From the IMG/VR virus record IMGVR_UViG_3300033066_001283, positions 86,264 through 150,263 of that record: a stretch of 64,000 nt of DNA, one strand, 5' to 3'. How positions within the stretch are numbered: the stretch's first letter is position 1; each line of letters opens with the position of its first letter. The notes beneath the pieces are model-generated. The model was not told where the DNA came from. It did not search any database and was given only the letters and a program-made list of their open reading frames with translations. The DNA comes from a virus. Taxonomy: Duplodnaviria; Caudoviricetes. A program made the translations under genes and the position numbers. Below, piece by piece: positions 30,611-39,898 of the stretch.

Positions 30611-31298
30611 CGGATTCTTCCTCCTCTTCGAAATCTGCCTCTAAAATCTCGGGTTTTCGGGTGAAAATGTCCTTCAAGAAGCTATTTCCCTTACCAATTA
30701 CTGAAGCAAGCTGTGCTCTGTCCTTTCTAGACGCCATTAATTGGGTCTGAAGTGCTGAAATCTGCTTCTCAAGCTTCTCATTCTCTTTGTAGAGTGGATG
30801 AACAGCCTCTTTCCAGTAAACTTGACCAGTTCTCTGGTTCACAGCCCCTGGTTCCTTAGTCATCATGCCATCTAAGGCTATTTGCCAGTCAATTCTACGC
30901 TTAAAAATGTATAATCTGACCAAACTTGTGACGTTAAGTATGTCTGTAGCTTGATTTGGGTTAATATCAAGCTCCTTAACTAGGCTGGAGAACTGTTTTA
31001 GAGCCTCAACTCGGTCAATTCTACAGTCACTACCTACTAAACCTAGGATTTCATTGTCATTTAGCTTACTAATCAGTGGGCATTTATCAGCATAAGGGCA
31101 ATCTTTACCCTTACAGACCATTGGAACGTCCTCTAAGATGGGAATTACCTCTCTTAGCTTGGTTGTTTGCTTAAAAACTGGCTCCCATTTAGTGTCAAAA
31201 AGCAAGAATTCTGCAAATTCGATAAGCATTTGGTCAAATTGCTCATCATTTATGGGTGTTTTAGGGTCAAATTTAACTATCGCTTCGTGCTTTTCCAT
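30594..31298 (-). CDS. Candidate terminase small subunit
   Basis: CKGKDCPYADKCP motif, VHPLYKENEKLEKQ..L.TQLMASRK coiled coil, acidic tail; upstream of terL. Confidence 0.4.
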   Translation of the reverse strand: MEKHEAIVKFDPKTPINDEQFDQMLIEFAEFLLFDTKWEPVFKQTTKLREVIPILEDVPMVCKGKDCPYADKCPLISKLNDNEILGLVGSDCRIDRVEALKQFSSLVKELDINPNQATDILNVTSLVRLYIFKRRIDWQIALDGMMTKEPGAVNQRTGQVYWKEAVHPLYKENEKLEKQISALQTQLMASRKDRAQLASVIGKGNSFLKDIFTRKPEILEADFEEEEESDEYNG

Positions 31299-31695
31299 AT
31301 TTATAATTAAAAACTTTTAAACTGAGCTGTGGCTGGAACAAACTTAGTATTCTTACTGGTGAATCGAGGTTTTCAAGCTCATACACCTTAAAAAATGTCC
31401 CTTTTATCGGCCCATAGCAGTTTTTCCACTCTGTATTTACTACTCTATGGAAAGCACAATCTCTTAAATAGTCAATTTCATAGAGTTTCGATCCTACTGG
31501 GGTAAATTCCTTCATGTGCTTACCCGATAAGATCTCTCTAAAATCGTCATCATCGAACCCCATGATTCGTACGCTCATATCAATTAGCGTATGTTGAGCA
31601 ACTGGGTGCTCATAGGGGTATATTAAGTTGAATTTAGGAAATCTTTTTAATGCATCAAAAGATTCCGCTGGTAGGGGCACATCTATAGACTTCAT
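31273..31695 (-). CDS. Hypothetical protein
   Basis: ORF with GAGG RBS. Confidence 0.5.
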   Translation of the reverse strand: MKSIDVPLPAESFDALKRFPKFNLIYPYEHPVAQHTLIDMSVRIMGFDDDDFREILSGKHMKEFTPVGSKLYEIDYLRDCAFHRVVNTEWKNCYGPIKGTFFKVYELENLDSPVRILSLFQPQLSLKVFNYKYGKARSDS

Positions 31696-31740
31696 AAGTA
31701 CACCTCTATTGTAGGAAAGTCCTACCTAACAAGTAGAGGT

Positions 31741-34700
31741 CTATTTAGAGACAATAGCCTTAAATACTTCTCCTAACTTAGCAAAAGCCTCTTTTAGAAT
31801 TGGTGAAAGGTGTGATGCTGACTCTACCCCACCAATCAATCTTCCTTCTACTGCTGCCATTCTTTCAGCGTAACCAGCTTGGTATCTTTCTAATCCAGCT
31901 GCAACTATTTTTCTACCATCAATCTCTTCACCACTATCTAGAAAGAGTTTTGCAGGATCCATTCCTGCAGCTACTGCTTCTAATAGTGTTTGACCCACAT
32001 GTTCTACCAGATTATTGACCATTCCTTCATCTAATCCTTGTTCTACCCACATTCTAGCCATCGGCCTTAACTGATCAATGATGGCTGTGCCTTGGTATCT
32101 TCTAATAACTGATTCTGTCTCTTCAGTAATAGCAGTTTCAGTAGAAGTTAATGATCTTCCTGCCTGAACATCCATCCAGAGTCTACTTTTATGCTTATAA
32201 TTAATTCCATCTTTACTAAACTCAAAAAGCTTTTCTTCACGGTGTGCAACCAACCGATTATAGTTCTCAGCAGAAGAATCTTTCATGTAAGCATTGAAAG
32301 CCTGTTTGGCTGATTCTGAAGTGCTTGCAATATCTGCTAAAACATCCATCAAGCCCTTATCTTTAGCTCCACCAATTCCTTGAAAGATAAGATTTTCACT
32401 TGATTCAAATGAGAAAGGTAATCCTTGATCTTTAATTGCACCATTAGTACTTAACCATTTACCTAATTCTTTAGTGAAAGAGTAATGTTCTCCCTCATAC
32501 TCTATTCCAGTTTCCGCTTTAGTGGGCATTTGAAGCGTTCTTCTATGCTTAGCCTCCCAAGATGAGGATACACCAGAAGAGACGCCTAGAAAGCCCTCTG
32601 AGGCGTCAAAAACCCTATTTACAGAAGACTCACCATAGTGTTTATAGATTGAACTGGCCAACTCTGGCTGAAAATCCTCCATATCTGTTAAAACTAATCT
32701 CGCTTTGACGAGTGGGCTATTAGTAAGCTGCTTCATAGTCTTCATAGTAGCACTCTGATTATTGATTGTTAAGTAGTCACCAATAAATGGTTTCTCACCA
32801 TGAAGGGTGCCTAATAATCCAATTCCAAACCTAAGTCCTTCCTTATCTAAATTTCGCATCATTAAGGTTCCAACTAGAACTTTATCTAAATCCTTATCAC
32901 TATTAAGCTCATTAACTGCCCCAAGTGCCAAACTAATGTTCTCATCCCCATAAACTCCATAATTTTGCTGAAGATCTAATAATCGGTAATGCCTAAAACG
33001 CATAACATTAGTCTCAGGTGTAATAGCTAATCCACCATCAATTTGGGCTACAACATCACTAATTCCTATTGCACCTATTGTTCGTTTTACTTCACCCATA
33101 GCCTCTCTATATACATAAGCTCTATCAGCATAGTCAGCCATACCCATAATGTATGCAATGTATTCCCGATCATTAGGATTCGCCTTTAATGTATTTCTTA
33201 GTGTGGCTGGATCAGTCCCCATAGCTGTAGCTGCTTTAATTAAAATATTATTGTGCTCGAAAATGTAACTAGCAGTAATATTTTCACTTTCACCAAACAA
33301 TCTATTTGACTCAAGACCGATGCCTTTCTTAGTGAATAATGAACCAATGATTTCTGGTAGGTACTGTTCCGGTTGATCTTCTACAACTTCCCCAAACTCA
33401 TTTAACCTTCTTCTAATTGGTAGGTAGATGCCGTGTTGTATATTTTTAAATTTTGCATTAGTTGCTTTTCCAGTAGGATCTCTGAAAGTAACTAATTTAC
33501 CTTCTACCCCGTCAATAGTGTGGAGCTCAAGGAAACTGAAACGCTCATTTATGTTCTTTCTAGTTTTAGTAAACTGTTTGTAGAATTCAAGTGCTCGTGC
33601 AGATGCTTCATGAACTGGGGTTCTAACATCTTTAGTATCCCCATAACTTCTTTTGAAAAACATCTCTTCTGGGCGGAAAGCTCCAATCAACTTTCTAGCA
33701 AGTTGTTCCCTTGGAAGAATAGCTTCGTTAGCAATAACAGCTGCCTGTACCTCTAATGGCATTTGCTCAAAATACTTTCGTTGGCTGGTGCTTTTACCAA
33801 ATACCTCATCTAATGCATAATCATGAGCAACCATAGCTTGTAGCTGATGGTACATGGGTGATGAAGCTGTTCCTTTCTGGTTAAGACCAAGATTTTCAAT
33901 AGCCATCGCCACAAGCCCTTTATCACGAAGTGGATCAAATAAAGCAAATGCCCCAGTTAAAGCATTATCATCCTCCATCAATTGTGCATACTTATCTGGG
34001 TTATCTCTTGCTAACCTGGCTAGAAAATCTTTGAAAGCAATTAAGTTGGTAACATTTACCTGGTTAGTTCCGAGGCCTACTACTGTATCTCTAGCTCCAA
34101 TCTCCCACATCTTTGTGAAAGCCTTAACCTGGTTCTCTTTAGTACTGGTAAAATAATATTCCAGATCTTTTGAAATACCTTTAAACACTGGGTGGTTAGG
34201 TCCAACCTCTTTTATTCCCCGAAGAATCTTGTGTGGATCTTGCTTATCATAGTGTATAACGTAGGTTAAGTTTGGTGAGTGTGCTGGGAACTTGGTAACA
34301 AATCCTCCAAGGCTAATATTACCATTACCCACCCTCTGCTTCATCTCTTCAGTTTTTCGCTGAAGCCATGCGTTAAAATTAGCTTCAAATGTTGTAACAG
34401 ATACTTGGTCACCATCAAAGTCACGGTAGAGTAGGTAAGAAGCTTTTGGGTTCATCATAACAACCTCTTGCCCTGTATTCTCATTCACCTGAATCCTAAT
34501 ATGTATCTCAGTTCCAGGTGGAATAGGAAGCTTCTCAGTATCGGCCCAGCTTCTTCCCCTCAGTTTTGGGTCCATAGGGAGCGTAGGATCCCAAAATAGC
34601 TTCATCATTCTAGTGTGAACATTATCAGCACCAAACGCTTTACTTAAAAAGTGTTTAACTGCAGCAGGACCTTCTATTCTACTTTGATCATTTCCTAGCT

Positions 34701-34950
34701 TTGTTAAATTCCTTCCAGCTATATTCCTTAACTGGGCTAGAATCGCAGTGTTATCATCAGCAGAATTAATTCCCGCCTTCAACTGTCTCCAAGCGAAGTC
34801 AAAGCCAGCTGCAAAAATCTCCCGTTGATTCTGAACAAAGGGTATTGCTTCAAATTCGCCCCTTATCTCATCAGCAGAAAATAATCTCCCTGAAGAATCT
34901 TTAAACCATGTATTAGGTTTAAATGTATACCTTCTAGCAATCCAGCTCAT
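31741..34950 (-). CDS. Putative single-subunit two-barrel RNA polymerase (candidate virion RNAP)
   Basis: MMNP...YRDFDGDQV (D177-D181, nt 34408-34422); VGLGTN; GKWLSTNGAIK (res. 830-840); colinear motif similarity to 42506..45082. Confidence 0.65.
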   Translation of the reverse strand: MSWIARRYTFKPNTWFKDSSGRLFSADEIRGEFEAIPFVQNQREIFAAGFDFAWRQLKAGINSADDNTAILAQLRNIAGRNLTKLGNDQSRIEGPAAVKHFLSKAFGADNVHTRMMKLFWDPTLPMDPKLRGRSWADTEKLPIPPGTEIHIRIQVNENTGQEVVMMNPKASYLLYRDFDGDQVSVTTFEANFNAWLQRKTEEMKQRVGNGNISLGGFVTKFPAHSPNLTYVIHYDKQDPHKILRGIKEVGPNHPVFKGISKDLEYYFTSTKENQVKAFTKMWEIGARDTVVGLGTNQVNVTNLIAFKDFLARLARDNPDKYAQLMEDDNALTGAFALFDPLRDKGLVAMAIENLGLNQKGTASSPMYHQLQAMVAHDYALDEVFGKSTSQRKYFEQMPLEVQAAVIANEAILPREQLARKLIGAFRPEEMFFKRSYGDTKDVRTPVHEASARALEFYKQFTKTRKNINERFSFLELHTIDGVEGKLVTFRDPTGKATNAKFKNIQHGIYLPIRRRLNEFGEVVEDQPEQYLPEIIGSLFTKKGIGLESNRLFGESENITASYIFEHNNILIKAATAMGTDPATLRNTLKANPNDREYIAYIMGMADYADRAYVYREAMGEVKRTIGAIGISDVVAQIDGGLAITPETNVMRFRHYRLLDLQQNYGVYGDENISLALGAVNELNSDKDLDKVLVGTLMMRNLDKEGLRFGIGLLGTLHGEKPFIGDYLTINNQSATMKTMKQLTNSPLVKARLVLTDMEDFQPELASSIYKHYGESSVNRVFDASEGFLGVSSGVSSSWEAKHRRTLQMPTKAETGIEYEGEHYSFTKELGKWLSTNGAIKDQGLPFSFESSENLIFQGIGGAKDKGLMDVLADIASTSESAKQAFNAYMKDSSAENYNRLVAHREEKLFEFSKDGINYKHKSRLWMDVQAGRSLTSTETAITEETESVIRRYQGTAIIDQLRPMARMWVEQGLDEGMVNNLVEHVGQTLLEAVAAGMDPAKLFLDSGEEIDGRKIVAAGLERYQAGYAERMAAVEGRLIGGVESASHLSPILKEAFAKLGEVFKAIVSK

Positions 34951-35091
34951 TAGTTAAAATAGAGGCAAAACTAATTCAAGTGTCAAAAATTAGAACACCC
35001 TTCCACCCCAATTAATTTCTCTGTTTCAGAAATAGGTACTGTCAAAATAATAATTTCCTAAAACTCAGAATTAGACCCACCCCCCATTGAA

Positions 35092-36102
35092 TTAATCCTT
35101 CTTAATACTCCAACCATAGTAAGTTGGAAACTTACCCTTCTTCAATTGATACAAGCCATTTCTTGGAATATTAAATTGTTTAGCTAACTGAGAGATATTA
35201 TTAGTTACATGCTCATTACCGTTGGGATCAATGAATGTGGGGTGTATTGTCTCTCCATTCTTTATTCTTACAGAGTTTTCAGCATTTATTTTCGCTATTC
35301 TTTCACTCTTTTCAGATGAGTAAATCTTTTCTTTTGCTGCTTTACGAGGTTTAGGTTGCCATATCTTTTCTCTTTCACCTGGAGGTAAAGAATATCCCTT
35401 GTAGGTTTTGCGCGTCCCATTAATAACTCTTCTTAGTCTTTTTTGCTCTAAATTATTCTCTTCACAAAATAAACTTAAATTTCTAACTGTAAAAGTGGTA
35501 TTCTGAAAACAAAGTTGATACTCTTTTGAGATTGGTTTATTTTCCCTGTATTCTCTGGAAATATTTTCTTTTTTATATTTCTCTCGACTCTTAATAACCT
35601 TATCAGAAATAGTATACCGTCTGCCGTAATCTTTACTTCTCTCTAAAGATTCTAATCTTTTAGCATTTCGATATTCAATCCTTTCAGAGTCACTCATACT
35701 AGATAGCTTCTTGCGTTTTTCTTGCCCTTCCTTAACCTTAGTACTAAATTCAGTTTCAGAAATTCTAATTTTATAATTAGGTAGTAGTCCTGGCTTTAGT
35801 AGTATATTATACATTTTGTCTTTAGTACATAGACTTAAGTAATATTCTTCTTTTTCGTTCAGCTGCTCAATCGAGCACTCCTCAATAATTCCCGGTTTAA
35901 AGTATTCTTTATCTTTATTCCATGCGTTCTGAAGATATGCATTAGAGTGTACCCCTTTCAATAAATCACATCTGTGATCTGTAAATCGTCTAGGTATATG
36001 TTTAGATTGTCCTATATACATTTTATCATTTAATGTGTTGTATAGACAATAGATGCCAGAAACATTTGGAACTTCCTTCCATTCGTATAATGAGATATTC
36101 AT
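35092..36102 (-). CDS. GIY-YIG homing endonuclease with C-terminal NUMOD-like repeats
   Basis: SGIYCLYNTLNDKMYIGQS..IPRRFTDH...HSNAYLQNAWNK...E..Y...YN. Confidence 0.9.
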   Translation of the reverse strand: MNISLYEWKEVPNVSGIYCLYNTLNDKMYIGQSKHIPRRFTDHRCDLLKGVHSNAYLQNAWNKDKEYFKPGIIEECSIEQLNEKEEYYLSLCTKDKMYNILLKPGLLPNYKIRISETEFSTKVKEGQEKRKKLSSMSDSERIEYRNAKRLESLERSKDYGRRYTISDKVIKSREKYKKENISREYRENKPISKEYQLCFQNTTFTVRNLSLFCEENNLEQKRLRRVINGTRKTYKGYSLPPGEREKIWQPKPRKAAKEKIYSSEKSERIAKINAENSVRIKNGETIHPTFIDPNGNEHVTNNISQLAKQFNIPRNGLYQLKKGKFPTYYGWSIKKD

Positions 36103-36275
36103 ATAAAAGAATGTAGATCATCCCCTAAAAATCAAGGCATGTCTGAGTTGGTAATAGACGGGGGCATAGTCGGAATTAGACCCACGAGGGTCGTTTTTAT
36201 GGGCAATCATGCCTATAGGGAATCATCCCAGTGATGCTGTGCTCAACAGCTTTTACCTTTGTAGGAGGTAATATC

Positions 36276-36614
36276 GTGTTTAAAATGACAGTAGCCACTA
36301 TGGCAGCGATCATTCTGCGTAGTAAGGACATGGCAAGTCCTTCCATCGCTCTCCGTTCAGGCGAGCTTGTCCTCATTGATGGAGATATCAATGACGAGAA
36401 CCTTCTCATCGTGGATGCGGTGGACACCTCGTTCTGGGAACAGTGGTTGCCCAGTAATATCCCGTTCCGACATACCTTTGGAACGTTCGAGTCTCAAATG
36501 AAGCGGTACGTGAGCCGCTTCAATCGAACTGGTGTAAAGAATGTCCTCATGGCATTGTCGTATCATGAGGTGCAGTTGAAGAGGAGGTATCCAGAAGAAC
36601 TGTTTAAAGACTGA
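36276..36614 (+). CDS. Early hypothetical protein
   Basis: Start revised to GTG 36276 after TGTAGGAGGTA RBS. Confidence 0.6.
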   Translation: MFKMTVATMAAIILRSKDMASPSIALRSGELVLIDGDINDENLLIVDAVDTSFWEQWLPSNIPFRHTFGTFESQMKRYVSRFNRTGVKNVLMALSYHEVQLKRRYPEELFKD

Positions 36615-36681
36615 GCCGAAAGCCAGGGATTTCTCCCTGGTTATACATAGGGTATGCTCCTATGTACTGATGAGGCAGCAC
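36615..36681 (+). ncRNA. Hammerhead ribozyme, type II (copy 1)
   Basis: GCC-GAAA-[GCCAGGGA tttc TCCCTGGT]-TA-[TACATAGG gtatgct CCTATGTA]-CTGATGA-GGC-AGCA. Full core, stems I-III, loop I TGCT complementary to 3' AGCA; predicted cleavage after A36643. Confidence 0.92.
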
Positions 36682-36718
36682 TCTCACAACGACCTTTACC
36701 TTTGTAGGAGGTAATATT

Positions 36719-37033
36719 ATGCTATTGACATTCACCATTCCATCTACTGGGCACATACGCTCAGTGGATCTGAGGGACGAGCTTGTGCATGAGTACAAGC
36801 TTTCAATCCAAGAGATGAGCAGGTACTTTAGCCCTGCTCTTGACAGACAGCGGAGGGCAGCACACAATAAGGTGGCTGCTTCTCTTGTCCCCATTCTCAA
36901 GGAAGAACTTCCTGAGGAGGATGATGCTTCTCTCACTCAAGAGGCCCGTAGGATAGTGACGGGTTTTTTAGAAGAATCCCTGACTGGCCGGAGTATGGTC
37001 AGGGAGCTCCTGGACTCCGGTTTACTGCGTTAG
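36719..37033 (+). CDS. Early hypothetical protein
   Basis: TGTAGGAGGTA RBS. Confidence 0.65.
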   Translation: MLLTFTIPSTGHIRSVDLRDELVHEYKLSIQEMSRYFSPALDRQRRAAHNKVAASLVPILKEELPEEDDASLTQEARRIVTGFLEESLTGRSMVRELLDSGLLR

Positions 37034-37040
37034 TTTGAGT

Positions 37041-37097
37041 ATTGCGGTGAACAGTGCCTAACTGTATGGTGTGTAAATCACCTATCTGTAGGAGGTA
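37041..37097 (+). ncRNA. Unidentified conserved intergenic structured motif B (copy 1)
   Basis: TGCGGTGAACAGTGCCTAACTGTATGGTGTGTAAATCACC, near-identical to copy 2. Confidence 0.6.
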
Positions 37098-37105
37098 AGT
37101 AAATC

Positions 37106-37372
37106 ATGCGTTCAATGAACAAAGGAAGTTGGGTGTATTTACCAACTCTTATCACTCTTTCGATGCTCCAGGAGCAGAAGGACAGACACTACACCTTCCA
37201 CCCAGAGGTCTTCTTCGAGGACCTCAATCCTGGGTGGACTGAGCAGGTTCTCGGGTTCATGGCGAAGAACCCAACGTGCTCGATGAGCATCGATGCACGG
37301 TATCATCAGGACAGCTACTCTGATGGGGAAACCCTTAGAGGAGAAGGCATGGTGTATTGTCAGACTAGATAA
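37106..37372 (+). CDS. Early hypothetical protein
   Basis: TGTAGGAGGTA RBS. Confidence 0.65.
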   Translation: MRSMNKGSWVYLPTLITLSMLQEQKDRHYTFHPEVFFEDLNPGWTEQVLGFMAKNPTCSMSIDARYHQDSYSDGETLRGEGMVYCQTR

Positions 37373-37440
37373 TGCCGAAAGCCAGGGATTTCTCCCTGGT
37401 TATACATAGGGTATGCTCCTATGTACTGATGAGGCAGCAC
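37373..37440 (+). ncRNA. Hammerhead ribozyme, type II (copy 2)
   Basis: Core identical to copy 1, stem II TGCC/GGCA; begins immediately after stop codon; predicted cleavage after A37402. Confidence 0.92.
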
Positions 37441-37474
37441 TCTCACAACGTTTGTTACCGTAGGAGGTAATATA

Positions 37475-37636
37475 GTGAATAGAAGAACAAAACTCATCAT
37501 CGTTAGTGCTATCATAGTAGCACTATGCCTGCTGGATGCAGCAGGTGTCTGCATCACTGACCCTCGCTTTGAGGCGGGGAAGCAGGATAGGGCTCAAGCA
37601 GCCCGCATTCTTGAGGAAGCAAGCACAACACATTGA
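37475..37636 (+). CDS. Small membrane-anchored early protein (53 aa, not in ORF track)
   Basis: GTAGGAGGTA RBS then GTG; MNRRTKLIIVSAIIVALCLLDAAGVCITDPRFEAGKQDRAQAARILEEASTTH. Confidence 0.6.
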   Translation: MNRRTKLIIVSAIIVALCLLDAAGVCITDPRFEAGKQDRAQAARILEEASTTH

Positions 37637-37640
37637 TTGC

Positions 37641-37695
37641 TTGTGGTGAACAGTGCCTAACTGCATGGTGTGTAAATCACCTAATTGTAGGAGTA
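37641..37695 (+). ncRNA. Motif B (copy 2)
   Basis: TGTGGTGAACAGTGCCTAACTGCATGGTGTGTAAATCACC. Confidence 0.6.
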
Positions 37696-37700
37696 ATAAA

Positions 37701-38144
37701 ATGAAAACATTAGTAGTAGCAGTGTGGGCGTGGCTTTCGGCCAAGTACCAAGGTCTTGTCTATGGCAGGACTGAGAAGTGTGAGTGGTGCGGGGAGCCGT
37801 GCGTTCCCAACGCTCACCATATGTGTGTGCACTGCCTTGAACAGGAGTTTGGCACTCCTGAAGACTGGCAGGCAGAGTGGGAAGAGGACTCGCTTCGACA
37901 GAAGATCGAGGACGTTCTGGATCCTGAAGAGTTGGAGCATTCTAATACTCAGGATCAAGGAGAGGGATGGGGAGTCCACACCTGCTGCAAGTGTGGTGGA
38001 AAGACTCATCCTGATGGTCCTGCATCTGTGTGGGATCCTTTCACCGATGAGACTTGGTGTGAGGATTGCTGGTATAAGGAGAATCCTCCCAGCGAACAGC
38101 TCATAAAGAGTCTGCCGAAGTGTGAGGTAGACTTCGAAGACTAA
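37701..38144 (+). CDS. Early Cys-rich (Zn-binding) acidic protein
   Basis: Start revised to ATG 37701 after TGTAGGAG; CEWC, CVHC, CCKC, CEDC pairs. Confidence 0.6.
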   Translation: MKTLVVAVWAWLSAKYQGLVYGRTEKCEWCGEPCVPNAHHMCVHCLEQEFGTPEDWQAEWEEDSLRQKIEDVLDPEELEHSNTQDQGEGWGVHTCCKCGGKTHPDGPASVWDPFTDETWCEDCWYKENPPSEQLIKSLPKCEVDFED

Positions 38145-38148
38145 TGAG

Positions 38149-38202
38149 TATATGGTGGACGTGCCTAACGTAGCAGAAGGATTATCTGCATTTGTAGGAG
38201 TA
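38149..38202 (+). ncRNA. Motif B (divergent copy 3)
   Basis: TATGGTGGACGTGCCTAACGTA then GCAGA-7nt-TCTGC hairpin, then TTTGTAGGAG. Confidence 0.5.
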
Positions 38203-38210
38203 GTAAGAAC

Positions 38211-39569
38211 ATGAAACTGTTAAGTTTAGAACAAGTGTGGAAGATGCGGACGAAGCATCAGTTGGAGTGGTTGAACTCAATCCCTGACCTGAAGACGAAG
38301 AAGTGTCAGCGTGTTGTTGTAAGAGGAAACAAGACGATTTCAATCGTCGTGACCATGGGATTCCGAGATTCGGAATCAAAGGTCCGTCTATTCAAGATCG
38401 AACACAGATTTAAGATTGATGGTACCTACCTTGGCTCGTACTTTGAAGGAATAGATCCTTCTGCCTTCACGCGTCAGGTTCTGAGGCTGGTGAGATTATC
38501 ACTCCCAGGGTTGCACTCAAAAGTGCAACATGGGTATGTTATGGATAAACTCTGCCACCCATTCGATCTAGCGGATTTTTCCAAGGAAATTGGTATCAGC
38601 GCCTGCCCGTGGGGTGTTAAGACCGTTCTGCTGTGGCAGGATCTTGGATTCTATACTAGGTATAGTGTCAATGATCTCTACCTTCCAGTTAAACATGGAT
38701 TGTTACGCAATCTAAAACGAGAAGATCATGGAGGATTAGAGTACATGATGCGAAAGGGAGGCAAGTATATTCGCTCCCTAGGAAAACAAGGAAGTATTAT
38801 GGTATGGAGAGCTGTAACAGCAATGGATGCTGCTAGAATCTCTCCCGGCCTCCCCTTCCGAGTGGCCACAATGTGGTTAACTGTAGTAAGCCATAGACGG
38901 AACGAAGAATCTCTCCCAATATGGGCAAGGTTTATCTTCCTTCACTGGGAGCAGAACTACAGAGCCATTCTTCGTAGAACGAAGAATGCAGCTGGAGTGC
39001 ATCGCTCACGAGATATAGATGCAGTGCTCAATGATCTGTATGATTACTTGGGTGCACATTACGAAGAAGCTCTACCAGATGCTGCATTCGAGGTCTTGTT
39101 CCAAAGATCAGAAGCGTGGCATCGCGTGTTAAGAGAGAATCGGCGTGCTCTTAATGATATAGACTATGGTCCAAATCTTGAGAAGGACACTGCTCTTCCT
39201 TGGAATGGATTGGAAGGAACATTCTCTATTGGCGAATTCGAGTTTACTCGAATTACAACGTATGGAGATCTCTTGGATGAGGGCGACATTATGCGGCATT
39301 GTGTAGCTACATATGTCAGGTATTGTCTAACAGGCAATACATCCATTTGGAGTATGAGACTCAAGGTACTAAAGGGCAAGAAATGTATGCGTGTTGCCAC
39401 ACTTGAAGTAGCGCATGCAGGAGTGTCTGAGTTGCGACAGGCTCGAACTGCCTGTAATGGCTCACTAAACGACGAACAAAGAGCCGCAACCAGAGCCTTT
39501 GTATCCTGGCTTAACAATCAACCACTTAGTGTGGGTGAGAGACTTAGAGCATTGAATGAGGTAAACTAA
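38211..39569 (+). CDS. PcfJ-like domain protein
   Basis: C-terminal S..WH ... LLDEGDIMRHCVATY ... SIWSMR ... ATLEV ... Q....N pattern typical of PcfJ family. Confidence 0.7.
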   Translation: MKLLSLEQVWKMRTKHQLEWLNSIPDLKTKKCQRVVVRGNKTISIVVTMGFRDSESKVRLFKIEHRFKIDGTYLGSYFEGIDPSAFTRQVLRLVRLSLPGLHSKVQHGYVMDKLCHPFDLADFSKEIGISACPWGVKTVLLWQDLGFYTRYSVNDLYLPVKHGLLRNLKREDHGGLEYMMRKGGKYIRSLGKQGSIMVWRAVTAMDAARISPGLPFRVATMWLTVVSHRRNEESLPIWARFIFLHWEQNYRAILRRTKNAAGVHRSRDIDAVLNDLYDYLGAHYEEALPDAAFEVLFQRSEAWHRVLRENRRALNDIDYGPNLEKDTALPWNGLEGTFSIGEFEFTRITTYGDLLDEGDIMRHCVATYVRYCLTGNTSIWSMRLKVLKGKKCMRVATLEVAHAGVSELRQARTACNGSLNDEQRAATRAFVSWLNNQPLSVGERLRALNEVN

Positions 39570-39898
39570 TGAACAAGAATAAGAAGCTCCAGATGGAGCG
39601 GATCATCGCTGAGGTACGAGCAAACAAAGTGCTCGTTATTGATGTCAAGGACTTTGAAGCCTATCGAGGTGTTGTCCGCCTTGGTACCCTCAAGGCGAGG
39701 GAAGCAAAGAGGGAGTGGAAAGCTCCCAAGTTGATTGTCAAAGCTCAGACAGCTGATCCTGAAGTTCTCAGGAAGTTGGCTGACAGAGGAGCTAGCAGAA
39801 TTATCTGCTCAGTTCCCAAGAACAAGAAACGAGAGATCATCCAGTCTCTCGTCAAGAACCCTGCACGATGTTGGGTGCAGGTAATGGAGGTAAAATAA
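39569..39898 (+). CDS. Basic hypothetical protein
   Basis: GAGG RBS, translationally coupled. Confidence 0.55.
   Translation: MNKNKKLQMERIIAEVRANKVLVIDVKDFEAYRGVVRLGTLKAREAKREWKAPKLIVKAQTADPEVLRKLADRGASRIICSVPKNKKREIIQSLVKNPARCWVQVMEVK

Noticed and set aside
37041-37097. Twister ribozyme (GCCTAAC resembles the twister cleavage strand)
   Set aside because: The loop-4 GGUxxCAAGCCC and pseudoknot partners are missing
36615-38202. CRISPR-like or insertion-sequence terminal repeats in the early region
   Set aside because: Repeats are separated by whole genes, no transposase is present, and one class is fully explained as hammerhead ribozymes
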